Notes: a model not told the origin generated them from the letters alone. DNA of 64,000 bases from Synergistaceae bacterium (GCA_031258255.1 JAIRNC010000056.1:3428-67427); one strand, 5' to 3'; positions 46,056 through 56,609 are shown, counted from the first letter of the stretch. A program made the numbers and translations.

Positions 46056-48080
46056 TTGCTCAAAAACATGAAAATAAGGTATAAGATCATTGCCGTCTCT
46101 TTCCTTCTCGTTCTGATTTCCGTTGCCTGCACCTCGGTCACGGCCATGCGGCGTTTCACCGATTACATGAAAAGGAGCGCCGCGGAGGAGGCCGAGTACT
46201 CCATCGCCGGTTTGGAGGAAAGCATCAAAAGCGAGATGGACTGGACGCGGGCGTTCAGGGATCAGCTGATGGAAAACCCGGAGCTTGGCCGGCTCGTGAG
46301 CGAAAAGGACGCGAGGGGAATATTGAGCCTGACAAAGCCGCTCCTGGACGCCGGGGACATAGACATACTGATGATCGCGGCGGCCGACGGCGAAGTCCTG
46401 GCGCGCCCGCACGACCCGGACAGGATCGGGGACAACGTCGGCGGCGGCGATGACGTGCAGAACGCGCTCAGAGGCAACACCTACGAGATGTTCATGTCCG
46501 CTACCTCCACGAAATTAGGCTACTACTGCGGCGCGCCTGTCAGGCATAACGGCGCGGTCGTGGGGATGCTCAGGGCGGCGCTGTCTTTCGAGGATCCTGA
46601 GCTGGTGGATCATGTCAAATCGCTCTTCGGCACAGAAGCCACGATCTGTGCCGGCAAGACCAGGATCAACACGACGCTCGAGGAAAACGGCAAAAGGGCT
46701 GTTGACACGGACGTACCGCAGGACGTGGGCGAGCGGGTCCTGGAAAGGGGCGAGGATTTTTACGTCGAGCTGGAGCTGCAGGGCAATCCCTACATGGCCC
46801 ACTACAAGCCGCTCAGAGACCCGGTCTCCGGCAAAACGGCCGGGATACTGTTTACCGGGAAGCCCTTAAGCGGCATGTACGCCGAGGAAAGGGCGACGAT
46901 AGCGGCGGTGGCGGCCGTGGCGCTGGCCGTCATGATAGTGGCGTTCGCCATATCCTTCATGCTGGCCCGGAAGATATCGAAACCGATCGAGCGGATAGCG
47001 GTGATCTCGGAAAGGGGCAAGGACGGCGACCTCACCATCACGGAGGATGACTTCAGGTACAGCGGGCACGATGAGCTGGGGGTGTTGGTCGGCGCGCTCT
47101 CAGGCATGATCGCCTCGCAGAGGGCTGCCATTTCACAGGTGATCTCCACGTCGGACTCGGTAACGGTGCACACGGAGACGCTGTCGTCCCTCTCCAGGGA
47201 GAACAACGACGCCATGCTCCGCACGAGATCCCTGATCGGCGAGGTCTCGCGGTTGTGCGACGCCAATGCCGCAGCCCTAGAGCGCGGGAGCATGGGCATA
47301 TCCGAAATGGCCCGGGGGGCCGGCTCTGTGGCGAAGATGTCCGTCGAAAGCGCGGATTCGCTCGCTAAGACCACGAAGATCTCGAACGGCGCCGTTGAAT
47401 CGGTGCACAGCCTGGTCAGTCACATCGACATCGTGGACGTGAAGACGATGGAAAACCAGAGCAAGATAAAGGAGCTGAACGGCTCCGTATCGGAAATTTC
47501 GAGCTTCATGAACGTCATTGCGTCCATAGCCGACCAGACGAACCTCCTGGCCCTGAACGCCGCGATCGAGGCCGCCAGGGCAGGGGACGCCGGGAGGGGT
47601 TTTGCAGTGGTCGCCGAGGAGGTCCGGAAGCTCGCCGAGGAGTCGCGCAACGCGTCAAAGAGCGTCGAGACGCTGGTCATAGCGCTGAGGAAGAACGCAG
47701 AGGAAGCGATATCCGCGACGGAGGAGTCCGTGGAAACAGTCAAGGGGATCATGTCGATGGCGAACGTCGCGGTCGACGGGCTCAGCGCCGGCATGAAAGA
47801 GATAACGAGCGCCAACGAGGCGATCCAGGCCATAGCCGCCGTGGCGCAGCAGCAGGCCGCCGCCAGCTCCGAGATAACGAACGCCATCGACGCGATAAAA
47901 AAGAGCACGGAGGAGATATCCCGCAAGATGTCCGACCTGAACGACCTGAGCAATCAAGCCTCCGCGGTCGGCAGCTCCGTCTCCGGCGCCGCCCTCGAAA
48001 TGCGCCAGTCGACCGATGACCTGAAGGAACTGCTGGCGCACTTCAGGATTGGCTCGCAGCCAGCCCTCAAGGCGTATTGA
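46056..48080 (+). CDS. Methyl-accepting chemotaxis protein with periplasmic Cache-like sensor and HAMP
   Basis: TM, ~270-aa sensor, TM, HAMP, then [36 protein letters not shown] start 8 nt after GGAGGG. Confidence 0.85.
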   Translation: MLKNMKIRYKIIAVSFLLVLISVACTSVTAMRRFTDYMKRSAAEEAEYSIAGLEESIKSEMDWTRAFRDQLMENPELGRLVSEKDARGILSLTKPLLDAGDIDILMIAAADGEVLARPHDPDRIGDNVGGGDDVQNALRGNTYEMFMSATSTKLGYYCGAPVRHNGAVVGMLRAALSFEDPELVDHVKSLFGTEATICAGKTRINTTLEENGKRAVDTDVPQDVGERVLERGEDFYVELELQGNPYMAHYKPLRDPVSGKTAGILFTGKPLSGMYAEERATIAAVAAVALAVMIVAFAISFMLARKISKPIERIAVISERGKDGDLTITEDDFRYSGHDELGVLVGALSGMIASQRAAISQVISTSDSVTVHTETLSSLSRENNDAMLRTRSLIGEVSRLCDANAAALERGSMGISEMARGAGSVAKMSVESADSLAKTTKISNGAVESVHSLVSHIDIVDVKTMENQSKIKELNGSVSEISSFMNVIASIADQTNLLALNAAIEAARAGDAGRGFAVVAEEVRKLAEESRNASKSVETLVIALRKNAEEAISATEESVETVKGIMSMANVAVDGLSAGMKEITSANEAIQAIAAVAQQQAAASSEITNAIDAIKKSTEEISRKMSDLNDLSNQASAVGSSVSGAALEMRQSTDDLKELLAHFRIGSQPALKAY

Positions 48081-48128
48081 GCGCGACAGCGCCTGTAACG
48101 CCGATGGCGGCAAGCGCGTAAAATGAGC

Positions 48129-48157
48129 TTGACGCCTCTGGTGGGGGAGCGTAGAAT
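48129..48157 (+). promoter_or_regulatory. Sigma-70-like promoter of the rplU-prp-rpmA operon
   Basis: TTGACG, 17-nt spacer, TAGAAT, followed by a ~95-nt leader. Confidence 0.5.
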
Positions 48158-48258
48158 AACTTGGCTTTTAAAACGCTTGCGGGAGGCATTTTGCCGGAAA
48201 CAGGGCAAACAAGCGCGACAGCGCGCCTCACGGCAGCGAGAGGAGGAGTTTAGTGGTT

Positions 48259-48570
48259 ATGTACGCGGTCATTGAAGAGGGCGGCAAACAGTACCGGGTG
48301 TCGCAGGGCGACAAGATCAGGGTGGAAAAGCGCGACTTAGCGGAGGGCAGCGAGTTCACCATCGACAAGGTGATGATGGTGGGGCGCGACGACGGGGCGA
48401 CGATAGGGGCGCCTTACGTAGAAGGGGCTAGCGTGACGGCCAAGGTCGTGGAACACGGCAAGGAGGACAAGGTGATCGTCTTCAAGTATCGCCGCAAGAA
48501 GAACTATCGCAGGTTTCGCGGCCACAGGCAGCAGTACACGCTCTTGTCCGTGGAGGCTATAAACGGGTAA
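48259..48570 (+). CDS. rplU: 50S ribosomal protein L21
   Basis: MYAVIEEGGKQYRVSQGDKIRVEK. Confidence 0.95.
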   Translation: MYAVIEEGGKQYRVSQGDKIRVEKRDLAEGSEFTIDKVMMVGRDDGATIGAPYVEGASVTAKVVEHGKEDKVIVFKYRRKKNYRRFRGHRQQYTLLSVEAING

Positions 48571-48585
48571 CGGAACTACGCAGGG

Positions 48586-48936
48586 ATGCTGACCGTCACC
48601 GCAAGGCACGGCGCGGACGGGCTTTGCGCGATCTCCTCGGAGGGACACGCTGGTTTTGCGGGCGAGGGCCGCGATATAGTCTGCGCGGCGGTTTCGGCTC
48701 TCATGCAGGCGCTTCTGGTCGGTCTGGAGGACGTCCTTGGGCTGGCGGACGTGAGGTTTGAAAGCGACGCCTTAAAACCCAGGATGTCGATAGAGTGGGG
48801 GGGCGGAGGCGCTTCCGCGCAGCAGATAGCGCTCACGGTCCTCCTGTCACTCAAAGGGGTGGCGGTTTCTTATCCCGGTTACGTGAGCGTTGACGAGTTT
48901 TTTGAGGAGGAAGGCAAAGATGACGCGAGTCACTGA
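48586..48936 (+). CDS. Ribosomal-processing cysteine protease Prp
   Basis: [25 protein letters not shown] (His/Cys dyad), located between rplU and rpmA. Confidence 0.8.
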   Translation: MLTVTARHGADGLCAISSEGHAGFAGEGRDIVCAAVSALMQALLVGLEDVLGLADVRFESDALKPRMSIEWGGGGASAQQIALTVLLSLKGVAVSYPGYVSVDEFFEEEGKDDASH

Positions 48937-49231
48937 GAACATTGAGATTAGGAAATTCGACATACAGTTCTTCGCCCACAAGAAGGGGCAGGGCAGCAGC
49001 TCCAACGGGCGCGACAGCAACCCGCAGTATCTCGGCGTGAAGCGCGGCGACGGTTCCGTCGTTACCGCAGGTACGATAATCGTTAGGCAGCGCGGGACGA
49101 AGTTCCACCCTGGGCGCAACGTTGGCAGGGGCAAGGACGACACGCTCTTCGCGCTCTCCGACGGCAAAGTCGCGTTTCAGACGAAGGCCAAAAGGAAGTT
49201 CGTGGCGATCGAGGCGTTTGAGATCGCCTGA
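48920..49231 (+). CDS. rpmA: 50S ribosomal protein L27 with N-terminal propeptide
   Basis: [48 protein letters not shown] lies upstream of the ATG at 48920. Confidence 0.9.
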   Translation: MTRVTENIEIRKFDIQFFAHKKGQGSSSNGRDSNPQYLGVKRGDGSVVTAGTIIVRQRGTKFHPGRNVGRGKDDTLFALSDGKVAFQTKAKRKFVAIEAFEIA

Positions 49232-49254
49232 CGCAGCCGAGGCGCCAGTCTCGT

Positions 49255-49294
49255 GCGAGGGGGCCGGCATCCGATCCGGCGCCCTCGCGTTTTT
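49255..49294 (+). terminator. Intrinsic terminator after rpmA
   Basis: GCGAGGGGGCCGG...CCGGCGCCCTCGC (13-bp stem, 1 mismatch) followed by GTTTTTG. Confidence 0.6.
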
Positions 49295-49400
49295 GTACGA
49301 TATTTGATAGTTGAAAAATGACAAAGATAATATATACTTTTCATAGGGAGGCATACGACCTCCCGCACCTTATTTTTTCAACCCTTGGAGATATTGCCTG

Positions 49401-50747
49401 ATGAAATTTGTAGACCTTCTATCCATATCCATGTCGGGCGGCCGCGGCGGCAACGGGTGCATGAGCTTCCGCAGGGAGAAGTTCAGGCCCAAGGGCGGCC
49501 CGGACGGCGGCAACGGCGGGCGCGGCGGCGACGTGATACTGGAGGCTGCGGCCAGCCTCCAGACGCTGGCTGACTTCGAGCGCAGGCGGCGCTTTACAGC
49601 CGGCAACGGCGAACACGGCAGCGGAAACGACAAAAACGGCAGGGGCGGCGAATCGCTCGTGCTGAAGGTGCCGTGTGGAACCATCGTCTACGACGAGGAG
49701 ACGGGGGAGGGGCTGGCTGACCTGGTGGAGGCCGGCGACCGTTACGTTGCGGCTTTCGGCGGCAGAGGAGGGCGGGGCAACCGCGTTTTCGCCAGCTCCC
49801 TGAGGAGGGCGCCGCGATTTTCAGAGAAGGGCGAGCCCGGGGACGAATCCCGCCTCAGGCTGGAGCTCAGGCTCATAGCTGACATAGGCTTCGTCGGCCT
49901 TCCAAACGCCGGCAAGTCGAGCCTCCTGGGCGCCGTCTCCGGCGCCACGCCGAAAATCGCAGACTACCCGTTCACCACCCTGTCGCCGAACCTCGGGGTG
50001 CTGTTCACGGACGTGGAGGCGGTAGTGCTGGCAGACATCCCCGGCCTCATCGAGGGCGCCAGCTCCGACAAGGGGCTGGGGCTCGATTTTTTGAGGCACG
50101 TAGAGCGGACGCGCCTCCTCCTGCACGTGCTGGACATATCATCGCGTGACGCGGACGCTGTAAAGACTGACTGGCGCGTCGTCCGTCATGAGATGGGCCT
50201 TTACGACGAAAGGCTGCCCGAACGCCCCTGCGTCGTAATAGGGAACAAGACGGACCTCTGCCGTGACATGGAGGACTACGAAGGCTATCTGGACGAACTG
50301 GAAAGGTTTTTCAAGGGCGAGGGATTTGCCTTCTGCGCCGTGAGCGCCGTCACGGGCGAGAACATGGACGCGCTGACTCGCGACATCGTGGCGTTCGCCG
50401 CCGCGCACCCGCGCCCGCGCGGCCAAGTCAGGCTCTTTGCCTCTATCCCTGTGGAGGAAGATCCGCTTCAGGGGACGAGACGGCGGGGGAGGTACAGGGC
50501 CGAGGTGATCCCGCTGCCGGACGGCAGCTTCCGTGTGCTGCACCCGCAGGTTGAGAAGGCCGCGGAGCGCTACGACCTCTCGCAGGAGGAGAACGTCGCA
50601 CGGTTCACGAAGCTCCTCCGCAAGCACAGGGTGGAGGAACTGCTCGAAGCGGCTGGGGCCGCGCGCGGCGCGTCGGTCTCCATAGGCGGCGTCGACTTCA
50701 GCTTCAGCCCTGACTCAGCGCCATCAGACGATACGGGCTATGCCTGA
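49401..50747 (+). CDS. obg: GTPase Obg/CgtA with C-terminal OCT domain
   Basis: MKFVDLLSISMSGGRGGNGCMSFRREKFRPKGGPDGGNGGRGGDV and GLPNAGKSS. Confidence 0.95.
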   Translation: MKFVDLLSISMSGGRGGNGCMSFRREKFRPKGGPDGGNGGRGGDVILEAAASLQTLADFERRRRFTAGNGEHGSGNDKNGRGGESLVLKVPCGTIVYDEETGEGLADLVEAGDRYVAAFGGRGGRGNRVFASSLRRAPRFSEKGEPGDESRLRLELRLIADIGFVGLPNAGKSSLLGAVSGATPKIADYPFTTLSPNLGVLFTDVEAVVLADIPGLIEGASSDKGLGLDFLRHVERTRLLLHVLDISSRDADAVKTDWRVVRHEMGLYDERLPERPCVVIGNKTDLCRDMEDYEGYLDELERFFKGEGFAFCAVSAVTGENMDALTRDIVAFAAAHPRPRGQVRLFASIPVEEDPLQGTRRRGRYRAEVIPLPDGSFRVLHPQVEKAAERYDLSQEENVARFTKLLRKHRVEELLEAAGAARGASVSIGGVDFSFSPDSAPSDDTGYA

Positions 50748-51366
50748 GGCGTCTGCCGGGCGGATCGGGATAATGGGCGGCACCTTTGACCCGATCCATT
50801 ACGGCCATCTTTTCGCGGCTGCCGAAGCTGCGGATGAACTGGGGCTGGACAATGTGATATTCGTGCCCACTGGCACACCGCCGCACAAAAAATACGACGG
50901 GATGGCCAGCGCGTCGGAGCGGTACGACATGACTCTCTTAGCCATAGCGGAGAACGACCGCTTCGAAATTTCGAGGACGGAGACGGACCGGGCCGGTATG
51001 AGCTATACCCTCGACACGCTCCTGTCCATGAGGGGCCTGTACCCGCAGTCTGAGCTTTTCTTTATCACCGGCGTGGACGCGATACTGGACATAGGCAAAT
51101 GGAAAGGACCATTTGAAATTACTTCGCTCTGCACTATTGCGGTCGTGACGAGACCTGGGTATGATAATGACGGGCTGGGGAGATTGCCTGGCGAGATAAG
51201 GCGCTCCGTCCGCATGATAGGGACGCCTATGTTGGATATTTCGGCGACCGACATCAGGCGTCGCGTCAGCCTGAGGCACGGGGTGAGGTATCTGCTGCCG
51301 GAGGCAGTCCGCGCTTACATTGATAAGAACGGCCTTTATTCAAAAATGGACGGTGAGTCTAGTTGA
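50740..51366 (+). CDS. nadD: Nicotinate-nucleotide adenylyltransferase
   Basis: GIMGGTFDPIHYGHL and ISATDIRRR. Confidence 0.9.
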   Translation: MPEASAGRIGIMGGTFDPIHYGHLFAAAEAADELGLDNVIFVPTGTPPHKKYDGMASASERYDMTLLAIAENDRFEISRTETDRAGMSYTLDTLLSMRGLYPQSELFFITGVDAILDIGKWKGPFEITSLCTIAVVTRPGYDNDGLGRLPGEIRRSVRMIGTPMLDISATDIRRRVSLRHGVRYLLPEAVRAYIDKNGLYSKMDGESS

Positions 51367-52781
51367 GCCTGAAAAAAATAATGATCGTGGTCCTTTTGGC
51401 ATCGTTCTCCTTCGGCGTCGGGGCGTACTATCGCTTTGGCCGCATAGACGCCCCAGTCGGGCGGCTCGTTGACCCAGTGGTGGAGATGGATGCCACGGCA
51501 GAGGCGCCCCAGGAGGACGATCTCCCGGAGAAGCTCGACATAACAGGCCGGATCAACGTTTTGCTGATGGGGGAGGACAACGTGGAGGGCACCAGGCGGT
51601 CCGACACGGTAGCCTTCGTCGCTATAGACATCGACGAGCGGAACTTGCGCGTGTTGTCCCTGCCCCGCGACACGAGGGTGCAGATACCGGGGCACGGCAA
51701 CCAGAAGCTGAACCACGCTTACGCCTACGGGAACGTCGATCTCTTAAAGTCGACCGTCGAGAAATTCCTGGGGACGGCCATCCACTATTACGTCAAGATA
51801 GACTACGACAACTTCCCGAAGCTGGTAGACCTGGTGGGCGGGGTGGACATATTCGTAGGGAAGCCCATGAAATACGAGGACAGGCGCGGCGGCCTCAAGA
51901 TCGACATACCGGCCGGGAAGCAGCGCATGGACGGCGAGACGGCGCTCAAATACGTCCGCTTCCGCAAGGACGCCTTGGGTGACATCGGCCGCGTCCAGCG
52001 TCAGCAGCAGTTCCTGAAGGCCCTCCTTCACAGGATGTACGATCCGGAGAACATGGTCCGGTTCGCCTCGTTGGCGACGGAGATCACGAACACGCTCAAG
52101 ACGGACATGCGCCCCAGCCTGACGCTCCAGCTCTGCTCCTTCGTGAAGAAGCTCGACAAGGAGACGGACAGGGTGTTCTTCCTGATGCTGCCAGGGACGC
52201 CGGCCCTCATCGACAATCTGAGCTACTGGGTGGCAGAGCCCGCGGGAGTGACGAAATTCCTGAACGCCGGCACGGACGAGCTGAGAGCCATGGTGAGCGA
52301 GTCACGTGCCAGGATGGCAAACAACAGGGGCCAGCACCTGTTCGAGATAAACGACGCGGACGACTACTCCGCCGACTCGCCGGACGGCGCGCCGGCGGGC
52401 ATCACGCGCAGCGATACCACGCCTTCGCCGCAGGACGTGCTGTCCATAATCACATCGATCCCGGAGGCCGTCTCCGTACTGAACGGCACCGGCAAGAAGG
52501 GAGTGGGGCAGTCTGTGGCCTCCCAGCTCCAGAAGATGGGCGTCGAGGTCGTGGACGTGGGCAACGCCAAGCACTTCGACTACAGGAGCAGCAACATCAT
52601 CTACCCGGACGGGGCGTCGGAATCGACCAAGAGGACGGCTGTCCTCCTGTCCAGGCTCTGCGGGATAAGCGACGCGCTCACCAGGTCAAACAAGCTCGCG
52701 TCGTCCGCCTCGCTGATCATAGGGGCGGACTATGAGAACCTGATGAAGCGCCTTGAGAACAGCTATTCGTCGATGCAGTGA
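51363..52781 (+). CDS. LCP (LytR-CpsA-Psr) family protein with LytR_C domain
   Basis: INVLLMGEDN...RSDTVAFVAID...LSLPRDT...KLNHAYAYG, and the C-terminal VSVLNGTGKKGVG. Confidence 0.85.
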   Translation: MSLKKIMIVVLLASFSFGVGAYYRFGRIDAPVGRLVDPVVEMDATAEAPQEDDLPEKLDITGRINVLLMGEDNVEGTRRSDTVAFVAIDIDERNLRVLSLPRDTRVQIPGHGNQKLNHAYAYGNVDLLKSTVEKFLGTAIHYYVKIDYDNFPKLVDLVGGVDIFVGKPMKYEDRRGGLKIDIPAGKQRMDGETALKYVRFRKDALGDIGRVQRQQQFLKALLHRMYDPENMVRFASLATEITNTLKTDMRPSLTLQLCSFVKKLDKETDRVFFLMLPGTPALIDNLSYWVAEPAGVTKFLNAGTDELRAMVSESRARMANNRGQHLFEINDADDYSADSPDGAPAGITRSDTTPSPQDVLSIITSIPEAVSVLNGTGKKGVGQSVASQLQKMGVEVVDVGNAKHFDYRSSNIIYPDGASESTKRTAVLLSRLCGISDALTRSNKLASSASLIIGADYENLMKRLENSYSSMQ

Positions 52782-52869
52782 CGCCCTGGCATAAATTAGC
52801 TTTTTTAAAAAAAGACGAGGGGGAATTTTTATAACTATTACCGTAGAAACAGACGTTTACACCGAGTTC

Positions 52870-53196
52870 ATGCCGATAATCGAGGCGCTCCAGTCGAAAC
52901 ACGCCCTGGACATAGATTTCTTCGACCTGCGCGGCGTATCGGGGTTTGCCGACGCCTTCATAATAGCCACGGCCAGGTCCCAGGTGAACGCCCAGGCGCT
53001 CTACGACGCGGCGGCGGACGCCTTAGATGAGATGGGGCTGCCATACAAGGCCGAGGGCGAGCCGGGCGCAAAGTGGCGCCTCATAGACGCCGGATATGTC
53101 GTGATTCACCTTTTCAGCCGCGAGGGGCGCGAGTTCTACAAGCTGGAGCGCCTATGGGGCGACTCGCCGTCAAAACGCTTCGAGAGCGAGGAGTAA
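52870..53196 (+). CDS. rsfS: Ribosome silencing factor RsfS
   Basis: ALDIDFFDLRGVSGFADAFIIATARSQVNAQAL...WRLIDAGYVVIHLF...YKLERLWGD. The true start may be a non-ATG codon about 10 codons upstream. Confidence 0.85.
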   Translation: MPIIEALQSKHALDIDFFDLRGVSGFADAFIIATARSQVNAQALYDAAADALDEMGLPYKAEGEPGAKWRLIDAGYVVIHLFSREGREFYKLERLWGDSPSKRFESEE

Positions 53197-53232
53197 CCGC
53201 GAGGCGGTTTATATTTATAGCCTTGACGAAAC

Positions 53233-53281
53233 ACAACAGCGCAAAGGGCAAACCCCGTGGGTTTGCCCTTTGCGCTGTTGT
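53233..53281. terminator. 23-bp perfect hairpin between convergent rsfS and asdA (probable bidirectional terminator)
   Basis: ACAACAGCGCAAAGGGCAAACCC-CGT-GGGTTTGCCCTTTGCGCTGTTGT. There is no clean U-tract on either side. Confidence 0.55.
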
Positions 53282-53289
53282 TCTCCTGC

Positions 53290-54879
53290 TCACTTGCGGG
53301 CCGCGTATTCCCTGTAATACTCTTCCAGCACTGTACGCACAGCCCTGCCGATTTTCACGTAATCGTATTCGTTCAGATTAGCGAGCGAGGCGCGGACGCC
53401 GGGATCGGCAGTCCCAAAGCCGGATGCGGGCAACAACACGGTGCCGGCTTCTTTGGCCAGGCGGAACAACATCTCGTTGGGCCTGAGCCGCCCTTCGAGC
53501 CATTCTTTGAACGCCTTCCCGTAAATCTTTTCCGAGATGTCGCTGACCTCGATGACCGTGTAATAGCCGACGCTGTTGGCGTCTTGGGCTGCCTTCGCGC
53601 CCAGTTCGTTGTAAAGCGCGGCTTGCCTGTGCCGAACCAGCCGTTTTACCGCGCTCTTGTAGTTGTCCGCGTCATCCATCAGGGCGAAGAGTGAGAACAG
53701 GACCATTTGAACCTGCGCTGGCGTGGCGAGCCCAGCCGTGTGGTTGAGCCCGACCGCGCGGCTCTCGGCCACGAGCCTGTCGATGAACTTGATCTTCTCC
53801 GGCTCCACTGAGATGGAGGCGTAGCGGTTTGCGAGCACCTTGCCCGTGTTCGCGGGATGCTTTGAGATGATCTCATCGATTACGTTGTCCTTTGCCGTGG
53901 CGATCACGCCCAGCCGCCAGCCTGTTGCGCCAAAATATTTGGAGAAAGAGTAGACAAGTATGGTGTTGCGCGGACACTTGGCAAAAATGGACTTGAATCC
54001 GTCCGCAAACGTGCCATAGACATCGTCGGTGAGGACGATGAGGTCACGGCGCCGCTCGATGATTTTGGCGAGGTACGCTAGCTTTTCGTCCGACATCTTG
54101 ACCGAAGGGGGGTTGCTCGGGTTGACTAGGAAAAACGCCTTTATAGCCGGATCGAGCAGACGGTCGAGGCTCTCATTCGAGAACTGCCACCCGTCCTCAT
54201 ACCCCGCTTCGATGCCCACCTCGACGAGATTGTATTCCCGCAGGCGCGGGATCTCGAGGTACGGCGTGAAGATCGGGACGCCTATGGCGATGGTGTCGCC
54301 CTTCCGCAGGATGAAATTCTCCTCCAGCGTGTCGAACACATAGGTCATGGCGGCGGTCCCGCCCTCTACGGCGAACAGGTCGATCTCATCCTTGAAGGGT
54401 TCGTCGCCGATCATCTCCCTGCGGATATACTTCTCGACGATTCTCTCGCTCATGGAGAGCATCCTGTCGGGGACAGGGTACATGATTCCTAAAATCCCCT
54501 CGGTCATCTCATAGACGAAATCACCCGCATCGTACCCGAGCTGGTCACGCACATAAGAGACTGCGTTTTGGATAAATCCGCTCCCCTTGCTATTCCGCCC
54601 TTGGAGAAAGCCGTACATGCGCCCTTCGATGCCGTCCCGCTTCGGGAATCCGCCGAGCCCCGCCGACAGGTACGAAAAACTGCGTTCCGCCTCCTGCAAC
54701 GCAAACTGCCCCCATTCGAAGAACGCCTCGCGGGGCAACGTCGAAAGGAAGTTGGGGTTGCCGCGCCCGGCGTTGAGCATGAGGCTGCCCTTCGAATCCT
54801 TTGCGGCGTCGATCAGATAATTCTTTAACTCGAACGGGCTCAGTTGCGAAAGATCCCCTGTCTTGTCAGATGTCATCAT
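53290..54879 (-). CDS. asdA: Aspartate 4-decarboxylase (bifunctional aspartate aminotransferase/beta-decarboxylase)
   Basis: ~529 aa from the ATG at 54879 (GGAGG 5 nt upstream). LSPFELKNYLIDAAKD...LNAGRGNPNF...SFSKYFGATGWRLG (PLP Lys). Size and motifs fit AsdA and it is paired with aspT. Confidence 0.75.
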   Translation of the reverse strand: MMTSDKTGDLSQLSPFELKNYLIDAAKDSKGSLMLNAGRGNPNFLSTLPREAFFEWGQFALQEAERSFSYLSAGLGGFPKRDGIEGRMYGFLQGRNSKGSGFIQNAVSYVRDQLGYDAGDFVYEMTEGILGIMYPVPDRMLSMSERIVEKYIRREMIGDEPFKDEIDLFAVEGGTAAMTYVFDTLEENFILRKGDTIAIGVPIFTPYLEIPRLREYNLVEVGIEAGYEDGWQFSNESLDRLLDPAIKAFFLVNPSNPPSVKMSDEKLAYLAKIIERRRDLIVLTDDVYGTFADGFKSIFAKCPRNTILVYSFSKYFGATGWRLGVIATAKDNVIDEIISKHPANTGKVLANRYASISVEPEKIKFIDRLVAESRAVGLNHTAGLATPAQVQMVLFSLFALMDDADNYKSAVKRLVRHRQAALYNELGAKAAQDANSVGYYTVIEVSDISEKIYGKAFKEWLEGRLRPNEMLFRLAKEAGTVLLPASGFGTADPGVRASLANLNEYDYVKIGRAVRTVLEEYYREYAARK

Positions 54880-54908
54880 GCGTACCTCCGTTCTTATTTT
54901 GTTTGACT

Positions 54909-56609
54909 TCAAACGATAGCCACCACAAGCGGCCCCAGGAGCGTGAGAAAGACATTCGCCAGGGCGTAGGTCACGGCAAAGGGGACGGTCGGCACGGAGT
55001 TCCCCGAAAGGTTCAGCACCTGGCCGAAAGCGGGGTTTGCGCTTCTCGCGCCTGCGAGCGAGCCAGCAAACACCGACGCGTTTTTGTATCCAAGCAGATA
55101 GCGCCCGATCAGCATCGTCACCAGGAGCGGGACGAGCGTCACGATCAGTCCGCCCAGCAGGATGTCAAGGCCGTGTTCGCGTATCGTGGAGATCGCCTGG
55201 AGGCCGGAGTCAAGGCCGACGATGGCCACAAAGCCAGCCAGCCCCAAATCTTTCATCAGGTTGGACGCGCCAGAGGGGATAGAGCCGCCGAGCTGCGGGC
55301 GCTTGCCCTTGAGCCAGCCGAAGAACAGGCCGGAGAGCAGCGTCCCGCCGCCGCTGCCGAGGGTGAGGGGTATCCCTCCAATGTTCAACGTCAGCATCCC
55401 GATGGACAGGCCCGTGACGATACCGATGCCTGTGAGAACTATATCCGTCTTGACGCTCGGGACGATGGGCGTCCCCAGGGCGCCAGACGCTTTTTTAACC
55501 TCCTCCTCAGAGCCGTACAGCCTCAGGATGTCGCCATGCTCGATGCGGTCTCGGCCTGTGACGGGGATTTCCCTGCCGCCGCGCAGGACGGACAGCACGT
55601 AGACGCCATGGCGTATCTGGTCTTTCATCCTTCCGTGGATCTCTTTCAGCGTGAGATTGGCAAGCTCCCGGCCTGTGACCGCGACTTCCTCCGTTTTCAT
55701 CACTAGGTTCAGATCGGACATGCCAGAGACCTCCGGCCCGATGCGTCCGGCCATCTCGATGAGCGCGTCCCGCTGGCCTACGAGAAGCGCCGTGTCGCCC
55801 GTCTGGAGTTTCAGGTCTGGGTTGATGTCCAAAAACAGGCCGCCGCGCCTTACCTTTTCGACCGTGACAGGCAGTTCGCCGCAGCTCGACTCAAGCTCTC
55901 GGACATTCTCGAAATCAGGGCGTTCGACCCTGTAGACGCGGCCGACGAGTTTGTGAAGGGCATAGCTCTCGTCCGCGCCGAGCGCGGCAGCCTGGGACGA
56001 TTCGGCTTCTGCCGCGACTGCCGCGTCTTTGATCTTTTGGCCCATGAATTTGGGCAGGGCATTCGCGCATACGATGATCGCGCCCAACGTCCCGAATATG
56101 TACGTCACGGCATATCCGACGCCTATGTCCGTCGTGTATTGCTTGAGCGCGTCCGCTGACAGCCCCATCTTGCCCAGCGCATCGCTTGCCACGCCCATGA
56201 TAGCCGACTGGGTCATGCTGCCTGCCGCGACGCCGGCCGCCAGCCCCTTGTTAAAGCCCATGACCTTTGATACGACTACGACGGTCACGAGCCCCGTCCC
56301 TGCGACGACAAGGGCCAGCAACACTTCTCGCAGCGTCTTCCGGCCTAAAGACCTAAAAAACTGCGGGCCGCTGTCGTAACCGACGGCGAAGATAAAAAGA
56401 GCGAACAGCAGATTTTTCACGGTATCGTCCACCGTGACGCCAAACTGGCTCACCAGCACGCCGGCGAGCAGGGAACCGGCGACGCCTCCTAATCGAAAGC
56501 TGCCTAACGGGATTTTGCCGACCAGATAGCCTATGGTGAGCGCGAGGGCAATGGCAAGCACAGGCGACCCCGAGAGCAAGCTATGGATAACGTCATACAC
56601 CCCATGCAT
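54909..56609 (-). CDS. aspT: Aspartate:alanine antiporter (AAE family, two TrkA-C/RCK_C domains)
   Basis: 566 aa. N-terminus SPVLAIALALTIGYLVGKIPLGSFRLGGVAGSLLAGVLV, duplicated membrane halves around central RCK_C-like repeats. GGAGG lies 7 nt upstream. Confidence 0.75.
   Translation of the reverse strand: MHGVYDVIHSLLSGSPVLAIALALTIGYLVGKIPLGSFRLGGVAGSLLAGVLVSQFGVTVDDTVKNLLFALFIFAVGYDSGPQFFRSLGRKTLREVLLALVVAGTGLVTVVVVSKVMGFNKGLAAGVAAGSMTQSAIMGVASDALGKMGLSADALKQYTTDIGVGYAVTYIFGTLGAIIVCANALPKFMGQKIKDAAVAAEAESSQAAALGADESYALHKLVGRVYRVERPDFENVRELESSCGELPVTVEKVRRGGLFLDINPDLKLQTGDTALLVGQRDALIEMAGRIGPEVSGMSDLNLVMKTEEVAVTGRELANLTLKEIHGRMKDQIRHGVYVLSVLRGGREIPVTGRDRIEHGDILRLYGSEEEVKKASGALGTPIVPSVKTDIVLTGIGIVTGLSIGMLTLNIGGIPLTLGSGGGTLLSGLFFGWLKGKRPQLGGSIPSGASNLMKDLGLAGFVAIVGLDSGLQAISTIREHGLDILLGGLIVTLVPLLVTMLIGRYLLGYKNASVFAGSLAGARSANPAFGQVLNLSGNSVPTVPFAVTYALANVFLTLLGPLVVAIV

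Noticed and set aside
48158-48258. L21-leader type ribosomal-protein leader upstream of rplU.
   Set aside because: The position is right, but I cannot verify the consensus structure by eye, so only the promoter is reported.
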